This document shows positions 29,871-41,631 of a stretch of DNA of 64,000 nt, in pieces. Location of the stretch: positions 352,001 to 416,000 of the forward strand of contig CBDBOV010000003.1 of assembly GCA_965208575.1 (NCBI GenBank). Direction: 5' to 3'. Made by a program: the position numbers and the translations under genes. The notes under the pieces are model-generated. The model saw only the letters and a list, made by a program, of their open reading frames with translations. It ran no database searches and had not been told where the DNA came from. The stretch is from Spirochaetia bacterium. Its GTDB lineage: Bacteria; Spirochaetota; Spirochaetia; SZUA-6; Bin103. The stretch's first letter is position 1. Each line of letters opens with the position of its first letter.

Positions 29871-30215
29871 TCAGACGGCGAAACTGGAACCGCAGCCGCA
29901 CGCCTTGCTGGCGTTGGGATTGCGGAACCGGAAGCCGAGATTGATCAGGTCGTCGGAGTAATCGATCTCCAGGCCGTCGACGTGCTGCGAACTGTTGCGG
30001 TCGGCGAGGATGCGGACGCCGCCGGAGCCGAATACCTTGCGGTCGAAGGGGGTTTCGGTGGTGTCGACCGCGGCTTCGTAGGTCATCCCGGCGCAGCCCC
30101 CCTCGGTGACCCAGATGCGGAGGAACTGGTCGGCTTCTCCGGTAATCCGGGTGATCTCGGCGATGGCACGCTCGCTGACGTTGATCAGCGGCTGGCTGGT
30201 AATGGTTTGCTGCAC
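29871..30215 (-). CDS. Fe-S cluster assembly accessory protein (HesB/IscA family)
   Basis: GGCAGMTY, FRFRNPNASKACGCGSSF; GTG start at 30215 with GAGGAG RBS. Confidence 0.92.
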   Translation of the reverse strand: MQQTITSQPLINVSERAIAEITRITGEADQFLRIWVTEGGCAGMTYEAAVDTTETPFDRKVFGSGGVRILADRNSSQHVDGLEIDYSDDLINLGFRFRNPNASKACGCGSSFAV

Positions 30216-30391
30216 GGCGCGACTCCTCGTGAGCAAGCTACTGTCGCCGCCCGACCGTGTCAAACGGCGGCAACCGCGCCGGGGCGACCGCACGGCGCCG
30301 GGTCGTTCGCCTCGTCGCGCAACATGCTCATCTAGCGCCCCAACCGCCGCCTGCCGGCGTCGCCTTTGGCCCATCCCGTCCTCTCGACTAG

Positions 30392-32465
30392 CCTGACCTT
30401 CCTACTTATCCCGTTGATTTGACCGCGGGATTCTCTGGTTCATCCAGATAAGTTGTTACCATGAAACAAGATAGGTTCACGGAAGTGGACTCTCCTCTTG
30501 AGAGGATCAGTGTATACACTGAATATATCGAGCGCCGTGCCGGACAGCTTCCTCAATACTACTCGAAGTATCCCCTCTTCGATCCTTCCGACCCACTCAT
30601 GCCGGTTCTCCTTGACTGTCTCCGTACTAAGTGTATACACTGATTGCAGTGGCCACCCTCCAGAAAAAGGTCTCCCGCGGGCACACCTACTGGCAGATCG
30701 TCGAGTCCAGACGCGTCAACGGCAAACCACGTCCCATCGTCCTCGAACATCTCGGCAGCGCAGAGAAGTTGCTCCAGCGCCTCCGTGAGGCTCCCACCCG
30801 ACCGGCAAAGGCGAAGGTCATTCAGTTCGGTGCGTTGGCCGCGCTCTGGCAGATCGCCCAAGAGTTGGATGTGGTGGGCCTTATCGATACCCAGGTCCCC
30901 AAGCGAGACCAAGGACTGTCCTGCGGACAGTATCTGCTGGTGGCGGCGCTGAACCGTTGTGTGGCCGCCTCCAGCAAGGCTTCTCTGTACCAGTGGTATC
31001 GACGCACGGTGTTGAATCGGCTGCTCCCCGCTGCACAGCGCTCGCTCGCCAGTCAGCGATTCTGGGATCACATGAACATGCTCGACAGCGCTGCCATCGG
31101 CGCGATTGAGCAACAACTGGCGCAGCGGGTGATCGACCACTACCGGATCGATCTGCGACCGCTCATCTTCGATGCGACCAACTTCGATACGTTCATCGAC
31201 AGTCGCACCGTCAGTGCACTGGCACAACGTGGCCACGCGAAAAGCAAACGCGCCGATCTGCGGATCCTGGGCTTGGCACTCCTGGTAAGCTGCGACTACC
31301 ACATTCCGCTGCTCTCACACCCGTATCCGGGAAATCAGAATGACGCCGCGATGTTCTCGAGCTTGATCGAGACGCTGATCAGCCGCTGCAAGCAGTTGGC
31401 CCAGGACTGCGAAGATGTCACGCTGGTGTTCGATGGCGGCAACACCTCGAGAGCGAATATCGAGGCGCTGCAAGCCGGCCCATACCATTTCGTCACCTCC
31501 TTGACCGTGACTCAGCACGAGGATCTGCTGGCGGTTCCCGCCGGCAGGTTTCACTCCTTCACTGACCCACGGCTGGCCGGGGTGACCGCTTACCGCAGCG
31601 ACAAGGTGATCTGGGGTGAGCGCCGCACCGTGGTGGTCACCAACAGTCGCCGGTTGCTGGACGGGCAGCTGGCTGGGATCAACCACGCGTTGCGCAAGAA
31701 GCGCGCTGCGTTGCGCGCCTTGCGCAGCAAGCTGGCGCGCAGCCAGCTACCGGGAGCAAAGGGCAAAGGCTACAGCAGAGCATCCTTGCAGAAGCATTTC
31801 GACACGATCACCTCGGGTCAGTACGTAAAGCAGATTCTCAAGGTTCAGATCAGCGAATCCGACGGCGTGCTCAGTTTTCGATTTCGCACCGATTGGGCAG
31901 CGTACCAGCGCTTGCAACGCCGGCGCTTGGGCAAACGCATCCTGTGCACCGACAACGAGTCGTGGAGCGACCAGGAGATCATCTTGGCCAGCCGCGCTCA
32001 ACATCACGTGGAGCGGGCGTTCAAGCAGATGAAGAATCCCCACTGGGTGAGCTTCTCGCCGACCTTCCACTGGACCGATCAGAAGCTGCGCGTACACGTG
32101 TTCTATTGTGTGTTGGCACTGCTGCTGAGTTCGCTGCTGCAACGCAAGGCGGCCGACGGCGGACAACTCCTTACCATCGAGCAACTACTGACGGAACTCA
32201 GCGGCGTGACCGAAGTGGTCAACCTCTACGCCGCGCCTGAGCCGGCCACCAGAGGGCGCTACCGGGCTCAATACGTGCTCTCTGAACGGTCGTCCCTGCA
32301 AGACAAACTGTGCCGCCTACTTGACGTATACCGACACGCCCATCCCTGACAGCACCACGGTCAGTGTATACAAGCCCCGTCCGACAGGATAGCGAGTAAC
32401 TTGCTATCCTAAAATGACTTATCCACTCAAACTACCAGCCACCCGAAATAACTAGGAAACTCACG
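30392..32465 (+). mobile_element. IS1634-family insertion sequence (second, divergent type), 2074 bp
   Basis: IRs CCTGACCTTCCTACTTAT / CGTGAGTTTCCTAGTTAT (rc); CTAG duplicated at 30388-30391 and 32466-32469. Confidence 0.9.
30649..32349 (+). CDS. IS1634-family DDE transposase
   Basis: YWQIVESRRVNGKPR, FDATNF, RGHAKSKR, VFDGG, VERAFKQMK, KLRVHVFYCVLA. Confidence 0.9.
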   Translation: MATLQKKVSRGHTYWQIVESRRVNGKPRPIVLEHLGSAEKLLQRLREAPTRPAKAKVIQFGALAALWQIAQELDVVGLIDTQVPKRDQGLSCGQYLLVAALNRCVAASSKASLYQWYRRTVLNRLLPAAQRSLASQRFWDHMNMLDSAAIGAIEQQLAQRVIDHYRIDLRPLIFDATNFDTFIDSRTVSALAQRGHAKSKRADLRILGLALLVSCDYHIPLLSHPYPGNQNDAAMFSSLIETLISRCKQLAQDCEDVTLVFDGGNTSRANIEALQAGPYHFVTSLTVTQHEDLLAVPAGRFHSFTDPRLAGVTAYRSDKVIWGERRTVVVTNSRRLLDGQLAGINHALRKKRAALRALRSKLARSQLPGAKGKGYSRASLQKHFDTITSGQYVKQILKVQISESDGVLSFRFRTDWAAYQRLQRRRLGKRILCTDNESWSDQEIILASRAQHHVERAFKQMKNPHWVSFSPTFHWTDQKLRVHVFYCVLALLLSSLLQRKAADGGQLLTIEQLLTELSGVTEVVNLYAAPEPATRGRYRAQYVLSERSSLQDKLCRLLDVYRHAHP

Positions 32466-32498
32466 CTAGGAGGCTGTCGCAATCCGACAGCCTCCTAG
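32466..32498. repeat. 25-bp palindrome flanked by CTAG (probable IS-end footprint)
   Basis: CTAG-GAGGCTGTCG-CAATC-CGACAGCCTC-CTAG; related to 22090-22122. Confidence 0.75.
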
Positions 32499-32524
32499 TA
32501 CAATCGCCGGCGGAGGCTGATGTC

Positions 32525-32863
32525 ATGACCAATCTGATCGAACTCGAGAACGGCAAGACCGAAGAGGGGCCGGACGGCGTATTCCGCACCACGTTGAGCT
32601 ACGGCGCGGAGGCGATGCTGTGCCACTTTACGGCCAGGCAGGGCGCCAGGATCCCGCTGCACAACCATCCGGCGGTGCAGAGCGGCTTCTGCATCAAGGG
32701 TAAGGTGCGCTTCCAGCGTGGCGAGGGCGACGACCGGTTCGTGGCCAGCGCGGGAACCAGCTACTTCTTCGGTCCGAACGAGTTTCACGCGGCGGAGATG
32801 CTCGAGGACAGCGAGTTCGTCGAGGTGTTCTCGCCGATGCGTCCGGAGTACGCGCCCTCGTAA
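32525..32863 (+). CDS. Cupin domain protein
   Basis: IPLHNHPAVQ, NEFH, VEVFSPMRPEY; GGAGG RBS. Confidence 0.88.
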   Translation: MTNLIELENGKTEEGPDGVFRTTLSYGAEAMLCHFTARQGARIPLHNHPAVQSGFCIKGKVRFQRGEGDDRFVASAGTSYFFGPNEFHAAEMLEDSEFVEVFSPMRPEYAPS

Positions 32864-32879
32864 CGGCGCCACCAGGATC

Positions 32880-34297
<1,418 letters not shown>

Positions 34298-34301
<4 letters not shown>

Positions 34302-35785
34302 ACGATGCGGCGGCGGTCGTGGATCCGGAGCGCGACACCATCGTCGCCATCGCCACGCCGCCCGGCGCCGGCGCACTGGCGATAGTCCGGTTGAGCGGCG
34401 CCGGCGCGCTGGCGGTGGCGGACGCGGTGTTCCGCGGGCGCGCGAGTCTGCGCGCGGCGGCGACGCACACCGCCCACTACGGCGACATCGTGCGCCGGGC
34501 GGACGGCGCCGCGGGCGGCGGCGAGGTGATAGACGACGTGGTCGCCACGGTGTTCCGCTCGCCGGCGAGCTTTACCGGAGAGGACACGGTGGAGATTACC
34601 TGTCACGGGTCGGGCCTGGTCGCCGCGACGATCGTGGAAGTGCTGCTGAACGAGGGCGCGCGCGGCGCCACTCCCGGCGAGTTTACCCGCCGCGCATTCC
34701 TGAACGGCAAGCTGGACCTGACCCAGGCCGAGGCGGTAGCCGAAGTGATCGGGTCGGCCACCGCCGCCGCGCTGCGCGGCGCCCGCAACCGCCTGAACGG
34801 CGCCGTCGGCGGGCGGGTCGCGGATCTCCGGAAACAGGTGCTGGATTGCGCCGCGCACGTGGAGTTGGCGCTGGACTTCGCCGAGGAGGACGTGGAGTTG
34901 GCGCCGGGCGCGCAGATCGCCGCCGAGGTGCACGGAGTGCGCGCCGCGATCGCCGACATGCTCGCGACGTTCCGCGCCGGGCGCATGCTGCGCGACGGCG
35001 TGCACGTAGTGCTGGCCGGACCGCCCAACGTGGGCAAGTCGTCGCTGCTCAATCGCCTGGCGCAGGAAGCGCGCGCGCTGGTAACCGACATTCCCGGCAC
35101 CACGCGCGACGTGATCCGCGAGGACCTGGACATCCACGGCGTGCCGGTGCGTCTGTACGATACCGCCGGATTGCGGGCGACCGCGGAAACCGTGGAGCGC
35201 CTGGGGGTCGAGCGTACCCTCGCCACGGCACAGGACGCCGACCTGGTGCTGTTCGTGAGCGCGGCCAACGAACCGTTCCCGCATGACGCGCTGCGCCAGG
35301 TGCGCGCCGCCACCGCGGCCAGCGGCGCCCCGGTCGTGGCGATCGCCAACAAAAGCGACCTGCTGGATCGCCGCGACCTGCCGGATCGCCGCGACCTGCC
35401 GGATCGCCGCGACCTGCCGGATCGCCGCGACAGGGGCGACCGCGCCGCGGCGGAGAACGCGGATCGGCCCGCGCTGGCGGTCTCGGCCCGCACCGGCGCG
35501 CGCATCGACGACCTGTGCAACCTGTTGCTGGAGCGAACCGTAGGTACCGGCGGCTACACCGAGCGCACCGCACTGGTAGCGAGCGCACGCCATCGCGACA
35601 GCCTGCAGCGCGCCGAAACGGCCCTGGCGCGCGCCGAGCAGGCCGCCGCGGCGGCGCAGGTCGGCGGCGAGCTGGTCGCGGCCGACCTGCGCGAGGCGGT
35701 ATTTCACCTGGAGGAGATCGTCGGCATCGTGGCCAGCGACGACGTGCTCAACCGGATCTTCGCCGAGTTCTGCATCGGCAAGTAG
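34298..35785 (+). CDS. mnmE: tRNA modification GTPase MnmE/TrmE
   Basis: DTIVAIATP, GPPNVGKS, GTTRD, DTAG, NKSD, FCIGK. Confidence 0.97.
35356..35431 (+). repeat. 18-bp coding tandem repeat (DRRDLP, about 4 copies) in mnmE
   Basis: GGATCGCCGCGACCTGCC units directly after the NKSD motif. Confidence 0.9.
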
Positions 35786-35942
35786 GGTAGCGCCGCGCGT
35801 GCGCCGGTGAAGGGTGCGCCGCCGGCGAAGTGGCGCGCAGGTTATGGCTGTGCGGCGTAGCGAGCGTGCAGCCGGTGCACTGCCGCCCACGCCGTCCTCG
35901 GCATCTCCCCGTAGCCGTTATATCCGAGCCCGCTGCGCCCGA

Positions 35943-36899
35943 TTACTTGACCGGCACGGACCAAAGCAGCCGAACCCCCGCACGGTGCAAGGTCATTTCG
36001 TAGTTGGGCTTTTCTTCGGGCACGGTGACGCCATGCGGCGTCCTGATTCGTGTCCTGGTCTCTCCGAATTCGAACTGCAGCGCCGGTACGTAAAACGCCT
36101 CCACCGCGAGCCTTTCGCCCAGCAGCGCGCCGACGGCCACCTCAGGCTGCACGTACCATCCGCCCCGATATGCGTTGTAGTACTCCGTGCCGCTCAGAAC
36201 GTGGACGTCGCGGTCGTCTACCAATGAAATCGGCGAGACGATTCCTCCCAACCTTCCGTACAACCCATCCTTCACTTGGCCGAGTTCTACGAAGGCGCCG
36301 AGGCCGACAACCTGGTGAAGCACGAGATACCGGAGCAGCTCCTGGTCGGCGTCGAACCTCCCCTGCCTGTCGGGATACTCGTACTCTCCTCCACGCGCCG
36401 TCCAGGAGTGGTAGTTGCCCCGATACGCCAATCGCGCAAAGGACCGCACGTACAGCCCGTCACGTTTCTGTTCCACCAGCATGAGGTCGGTCGAGAGCTC
36501 CCAGCCAAAGCCGAAGAGCTCCGACGTACTGAGGGACCGGTGAGTAACGGCATCGCTCGTCGAGTCCAGGTAGTCCAGGTTTACCAGTGTTCCTCCCGGC
36601 GTGGCGGCCAGAAACCACAGGGTTCCGTTCATTCGCAGCATGCCGCGCATACGGTGGCTGACATGAATGCCGGCACGACCAACAAGAGCATCCCACGTCA
36701 AGTGGCTCAAGTAATCCGCGACATAATCCGAACGCGCATCCACGATCTCTCTCGTGGCCGCCCAGGTAGCTCCCGATTCCAGGCCGACCAACCACTCCGG
36801 ATTCGGATCACAGCACCTCGACGAAAAAGGATACAGCACTTCCACAACGGCCGTCCCGACGACTACCGTAAGAAGGGTGAGGAACGCCAGTCGTAGCAC
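35943..36899 (-). CDS. Omptin-family outer membrane protease-like protein
   Basis: LSHLTW, LVNLDYL, THRSLS, WTARGGEYEY, DDRDVH; beta-strand periodicity; GTG start at 36899 (ORF track start lies inside IS1380). Confidence 0.7.
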   Translation of the reverse strand: MLRLAFLTLLTVVVGTAVVEVLYPFSSRCCDPNPEWLVGLESGATWAATREIVDARSDYVADYLSHLTWDALVGRAGIHVSHRMRGMLRMNGTLWFLAATPGGTLVNLDYLDSTSDAVTHRSLSTSELFGFGWELSTDLMLVEQKRDGLYVRSFARLAYRGNYHSWTARGGEYEYPDRQGRFDADQELLRYLVLHQVVGLGAFVELGQVKDGLYGRLGGIVSPISLVDDRDVHVLSGTEYYNAYRGGWYVQPEVAVGALLGERLAVEAFYVPALQFEFGETRTRIRTPHGVTVPEEKPNYEMTLHRAGVRLLWSVPVK

Positions 36900-36913
36900 G
36901 CGCCCTGCGCTAG

Positions 36914-38684
36914 CCCGCATCGCTCACCAAGGGGATCGGCTGGCCGATTTGGTCCCGAGTTGAGGGCGCCGGAAGTGTGCAGAGAGCAAGGAGGGGCCGT
37001 GGGGCGGCGGTGCGAGCGTGGTTTTCGTGCCACGCGCCGCTGATCAGGTCGTAATGGTCAGTCACAGGCGCTGCAAGCTGCGGAATTGGACGCACCTCCC
37101 CCTGGTCAGACCTGCTGCAGTGAGTTTCGTGGCGCTGTGGCGGGGCTACCCAGGTGCGTCGCGCACAGGGGCCACGCACACGGGGGCAGCGCGCAGGGCG
37201 GTGAGCGCCTGTGCGAACAGCTCCTGCAACGGATATACCGATGACAACGAGATCCGTACCCTGCGCACCGACACCTTGATACGTCCCGCGAGCTTGATCA
37301 GCCGCGCCCGGATGGTGTCGAAGCGCGCGTTGGCAAGCTCGGTTCCTTGCAGTCCCACGCGGCGCAGGATCGTCAACAGGATGCCGGCAAAGGCGGAGAA
37401 GTACAGCCGTATCTGATTGGCACGCATCGTCGCCGTCGAGGTACGGTCGGCGAACAGCCACAGTTGCTGCTCCTTGATGCGGTTCTCCATGTCACCACGG
37501 GCGCAGTACAGCTCTTCGTAGAGGGCCTGCTTGGCAATCGTCTGCCGGTCGAGGCTGGTCACCACGAAGCGCGGATTGCCGCCGCCGGTGCCAGGCAGCC
37601 ACTCCGCCTTGGCCACCACCCGGCGGCTTCGGCTCCACGAGTCCAGCGTTCGGTAGCGGAACTCCCGGAACCGTCGCGACGCCTTCCCGCTCGCCGCACT
37701 GCGGCGCCGCGACTTGCGCAGCGCCTTGGCGATGCGCCGCTGCAGGCGTGCGTTGCGCGCCAAGCCGAGCACATAATCGACGCCGTTGTCCTCGCACCAA
37801 GCCATGATCGATTCGCGACAGAATCCCGAGTCACCGCGCACCAGAATCTTCGTCTCCGGCCAGCGTTGGCGGATCTGCGCCACTATCACTGTCAGTTCCT
37901 CCACCGCTCCGTCACTCGCGTCGCAGTCGGCGCGGCGCAGACGGCAGCGCAGCACATGCTCGCCACAGGTGATGTACAGCGGCAGATAACAGTAATGGCC
38001 GTAGTAGCCATGGAAGAAGCGGCCTTCCTGGTTGCCGTGCAACCGGTCATCGGTCGCATCCAGATCCAGCACTACCTGTGCCGGCGGTCGCCGCTCGCTG
38101 TCCAGAAACAGATCCACCAGCAGGTCGTCGATGATCCGGCCATCGGCGAGGATCTTCTTGTAGCGATGACACTTGGCCGTGTCTGGATCGCCCAGCTCCA
38201 GGCGGTTCAAGGTGCTGGACCCGGCCAGGGCGTGACCGCGGTCACGTTCGCGCAGGCGCTGCGCGCCGGTCACATCGGCGCACCCGGTGGCCAACGCCAG
38301 AGCGCTGTCGTCACGCAATCGGTCATGGTCATTGAGGTCCTCATAGCCGGCCGCCAGCCCCAGCACCCGCTGGGCGATCAGGATCTGAAGGGGATGCTCG
38401 ACCCGCTCCGGATCGCGATAGTCGGTGAAACAGGCCGCCAGTCGGCCGGTCACGTCAAATAACCGGTCAGCTTCGCGGAGCAACAGCACGCCGCTGTCCG
38501 ATGTCAGCCGACCGCCATCAAACGCGCCCACGACCGAGCGCCGTCCGAGACCTTCAAATAGCAGTTGTTCTGTAGTACAGTGTGTTTCCACGGGGTGGTT
38601 CCTTGTGGCTTTGTATTTGTTGCTACCATATACAGATAACCACAAATTCCACCCCGTGTCTATCCCCCTGGTGAGCTTTCCGGG
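36914..38684 (-). mobile_element. IS1380-family insertion sequence, 1771 bp
   Basis: IRs CCCGCATCGCTCACCAAGGGGAT / CCCGGAAAGCTCACCAGGGGGAT; CTAG duplicated at 36910-36913 and 38685-38688. Confidence 0.93.
37146..38591 (-). CDS. IS1380-family transposase
   Basis: FDGGRLTSDSG, GYEDLNDHD, LDLDATDD, RGDSGF, YCARGDMENRIKE. Confidence 0.95.
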   Translation of the reverse strand: METHCTTEQLLFEGLGRRSVVGAFDGGRLTSDSGVLLLREADRLFDVTGRLAACFTDYRDPERVEHPLQILIAQRVLGLAAGYEDLNDHDRLRDDSALALATGCADVTGAQRLRERDRGHALAGSSTLNRLELGDPDTAKCHRYKKILADGRIIDDLLVDLFLDSERRPPAQVVLDLDATDDRLHGNQEGRFFHGYYGHYCYLPLYITCGEHVLRCRLRRADCDASDGAVEELTVIVAQIRQRWPETKILVRGDSGFCRESIMAWCEDNGVDYVLGLARNARLQRRIAKALRKSRRRSAASGKASRRFREFRYRTLDSWSRSRRVVAKAEWLPGTGGGNPRFVVTSLDRQTIAKQALYEELYCARGDMENRIKEQQLWLFADRTSTATMRANQIRLYFSAFAGILLTILRRVGLQGTELANARFDTIRARLIKLAGRIKVSVRRVRISLSSVYPLQELFAQALTALRAAPVCVAPVRDAPG

Positions 38685-38727
38685 CTAGCCGATGTCGCCC
38701 TCGGGCTCAGGCTGCAAGCTGAGGGGC

Positions 38728-39354
38728 CTAGTCCACGGCCACTGCCGAGCCGGCGCCGGCCCCCGGTACGAACGTAATCACTATCCGGGCTCGATCCGGA
38801 TCTTCCTTGTCTCTCTCGAGATAGAACGGACGATCTGGCGATTCCACGAAGAGCCTCTCCTCCGTTCCTTCGGGACGTCTCTCAAAGAGCCACGCGTCGT
38901 CGCTGCAGTCCGGCGCAGGCGGCAACTCGGCACACCCTCGAGGCAGGGAATCGTAGCTAACGCGCCAGTATTCGTATCTCCTGTAAGGAGCATCATGGTT
39001 TTCCTCGAAAAACGCTATGCTGCCAAAGGAGGTCACCGAGTAGTTGTCTTCCGGCGAATCCATCGGACCGAACACTGACATCTCAAACTCCCTTTTCTCG
39101 CGACTTCTCAGGGTGATAATACCGCTCCCATAAGGGTTTCTTACGCCGGTTGCTATGTCCTTGAATTCCTGTCCTCCCACATCAATACGTATCCTGACGA
39201 GTTCGGGCGCATCATTGACCACTTCAAGGGCATACACCGTAATATAGTCAGCCTTCAGCCCGTCTATGCGACATGCTGTAAAGGAGTAACCGGACAACGC
39301 GGCGACGACGACGACAAGAACACGGACGAGTATATTCGTGCTGAACCATCGCAT
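38728..39354 (-). CDS. Hypothetical lipoprotein
   Basis: Hydrophobic signal ending SFTAC; more A/T-rich than flanking genes; upstream of the omptin-like gene in the same orientation. Confidence 0.6.
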   Translation of the reverse strand: MRWFSTNILVRVLVVVVAALSGYSFTACRIDGLKADYITVYALEVVNDAPELVRIRIDVGGQEFKDIATGVRNPYGSGIITLRSREKREFEMSVFGPMDSPEDNYSVTSFGSIAFFEENHDAPYRRYEYWRVSYDSLPRGCAELPPAPDCSDDAWLFERRPEGTEERLFVESPDRPFYLERDKEDPDRARIVITFVPGAGAGSAVAVD

Positions 39355-39510
39355 CTCAACGCTCTATGGATACGTCGATCTTGGTGTAAAGTTCGGTCTT
39401 GGATTCGGAGACATGCCGGACATCCTCTTGATTGTGTAGATATCCCACGGCGAGAACCAGGTGTTCCCGTTCTCACGTCCCCACGCCGCTGACGGCAGCG
39501 CCGCCGCCGG

Positions 39511-40494
39511 TCAGCCGCTTTCCCGGTACAGGTAGCAGGAGGCGTAGTGGCCGTCGTCTCCCACTTCGTACAGGCGCGGCGGGCTGAGGTGGCACTCCTC
39601 CATCGCGTGCGGGCAGCGGTTGTAGAAGCGGCATCCCGCCTTGTCGCCCTTGCCGAACTCCTCTTCCGCGGACACCTCGATCTCCTCCGACCACTTGCGG
39701 GCCGGATCGGGGGTGGGAACGGAGCCGATCAGCAACTGGGTGTAGGGATGCTGTGGGTTGCCGATGACCGCGGTGGCGTCGCCGGTTTCTGACACCGCTC
39801 CCTCGTACAGGATGAAGATGCGGTCGCTGATCTGGTAGGCGGTGGAGAGATCGTGCGTGATGTACAGGAAGCTGATGCCGAATTCGTCCTTCAACTTGAG
39901 CATGATGTCGAGGATCATCGCCCGTAGCGAGGCGTCGATCATCGAAACCGGCTCGTCGGCCACGATCAGACGCGGCTTGAGCAGGAAGGCGCGAGCGACG
40001 ATGAGCCGCTGGCGCTGGCCGCCGGAGAGCTGGTGCGGGTACTTGCCGAGGATCTCCTGCGGGCGCAGGCCCACCACCTCGAGCGCTTCGCCGATGATGC
40101 GCGCCTCGTCGACCTTGCGGCGCGCGAGCTTGAATTCCGTGACCGCCATGTGAAACACGTGGTCGACGCGGTAGAACGGGTTGAAGGCCGCGTACGGGTC
40201 CTGGAACACGGCCTGGCACTCGCGCCGGTACGACATCAGTTCCTTCCTGGACATCTTGTGGAGGTTGCGGCCGCGCCACAGGATCTCGCCCGAGGTGGGC
40301 TTGATGAAGTCCAGGATGAGGCGGGCGAGCGTGGTCTTGCCGCTGCCCGACTCGCCGGCGATTGCCGTGATCTTCGGCTGGTCGTCGTAAAGGGTGAGGG
40401 AGAAGTCGTCGACCGCGATCGTTTCGTGCTGCCTGCCGATGCCGCCGCCGAACACCTTCTTCACGTTCTTTACTTCCAGCAGCCGGTTGCTCAT
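39511..40494 (-). CDS. Opp/Dpp-family ABC ATP-binding protein (OppF-like)
   Basis: GESGSGKT, LSGGQRQR, ADEPVSMID, HPYT, C-terminal Cys cluster. Confidence 0.92.
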   Translation of the reverse strand: MSNRLLEVKNVKKVFGGGIGRQHETIAVDDFSLTLYDDQPKITAIAGESGSGKTTLARLILDFIKPTSGEILWRGRNLHKMSRKELMSYRRECQAVFQDPYAAFNPFYRVDHVFHMAVTEFKLARRKVDEARIIGEALEVVGLRPQEILGKYPHQLSGGQRQRLIVARAFLLKPRLIVADEPVSMIDASLRAMILDIMLKLKDEFGISFLYITHDLSTAYQISDRIFILYEGAVSETGDATAVIGNPQHPYTQLLIGSVPTPDPARKWSEEIEVSAEEEFGKGDKAGCRFYNRCPHAMEECHLSPPRLYEVGDDGHYASCYLYRESG

Positions 40495-40590
40495 TCTCGC
40501 CGCCCCACTCATTTGTACAAATGCCCGCGACTCATTCGTACAGATTCTTCACGTTTCACTTCCAGCAGCCGGTTGCTCGTCGTCGCCGTC

Positions 40591-41553
40591 CTACTCATCG
40601 TACAGATGGCAGGCGACCATGCGCCCCGGCCGGACCTCCCGGTACCGCGGCACTTCCACCCGGCAGCGCTCGGTGGCGTGCGGGCAACGTGGATGAAAGA
40701 TGCATCCGGGCGGCGGCGCGAGGAGGTTGGGAGGCAGCCCCGGTATCCCCTCTAGCGGTTTCTTCTCCTTCACGGAAGGCACCGAGCCGATCAGGAGCTG
40801 GGTATAGGGATGCAAGGGGTCGTTGTAGATGTCCTCCGCCGTACTGACCTCGGCGACCTTGCCGGCATACATCACCGCGAGGCGGTTCACCAACTGGGCC
40901 AGAAGGCCCATGTCGTGCCCGATGATGACGAGCGCCGCCCCGAGGCCCTCCTGCACCTTGATGAGCGTCTGTGTGACCACCCGCTGCACCACGACGTCGA
41001 GTGCGCTGGTCGGCTCGTCGGCGACGATCACCTGCGGCTGCAGGACGATCGCCATGGCAATGCATACGCGTTGCTTCATGCCGCCAGACAACTCGTGCGG
41101 GTACATGTGGTAGACGCGGGCCGGCAGGCCGACCATGCCGAGCAGCTCGATGATTCTGGCCTTCGATTGCGCGCGTCTGCCGCCGCCGCCATGGGCGGCG
41201 ACCGCGTCGTTTATCTGGCTGCCGATCTTTACCACCGGGTTGAGCGAGTTCATCGAGCCCTGCGGAATCAGCGAGATTCGGCTCCAGCGCACCGACCTCA
41301 TCTGTTCGTCGTCCAGTTGGAGAATGTCGGTGCCGTCAACGAGAATGCGTCCCTGCTCGACCGACCCGGGCGGCTTGATGAGGCGCAGCAGCGTGGTCGC
41401 GGTGGTCGACTTGCCGCAGCCGGACTCGCCGACGATGCCAAAGCGCTCGCCCCGCCTCACCTCGAGGTCGATGCCGTCCACCGCCTTGACCGGTCCGCGA
41501 TCGGTCCAGTAGTAGACCTTGAGGTCTTCCACCTTGAGCGCAACATCGGTCAT
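40591..41553 (-). CDS. Opp/Dpp-family ABC ATP-binding protein (OppD-like)
   Basis: GESGCGKS, YPHELSGGMKQR, ADEPTSALD. Confidence 0.93.
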   Translation of the reverse strand: MTDVALKVEDLKVYYWTDRGPVKAVDGIDLEVRRGERFGIVGESGCGKSTTATTLLRLIKPPGSVEQGRILVDGTDILQLDDEQMRSVRWSRISLIPQGSMNSLNPVVKIGSQINDAVAAHGGGGRRAQSKARIIELLGMVGLPARVYHMYPHELSGGMKQRVCIAMAIVLQPQVIVADEPTSALDVVVQRVVTQTLIKVQEGLGAALVIIGHDMGLLAQLVNRLAVMYAGKVAEVSTAEDIYNDPLHPYTQLLIGSVPSVKEKKPLEGIPGLPPNLLAPPPGCIFHPRCPHATERCRVEVPRYREVRPGRMVACHLYDE

Positions 41554-41631
41554 GCCGGTGCCCCTGGTGCGAACATTCCGGCTGTACCGCGACGGCAGCC
41601 TGTTGCCTTCATCGCCTTCCCTGTCGCGGAG

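Noticed and set aside
35760-35945. Prophage or integrative element att site at the mnmE 3' end
   Set aside because: No integrase and no second copy of the mnmE terminus found in the window.
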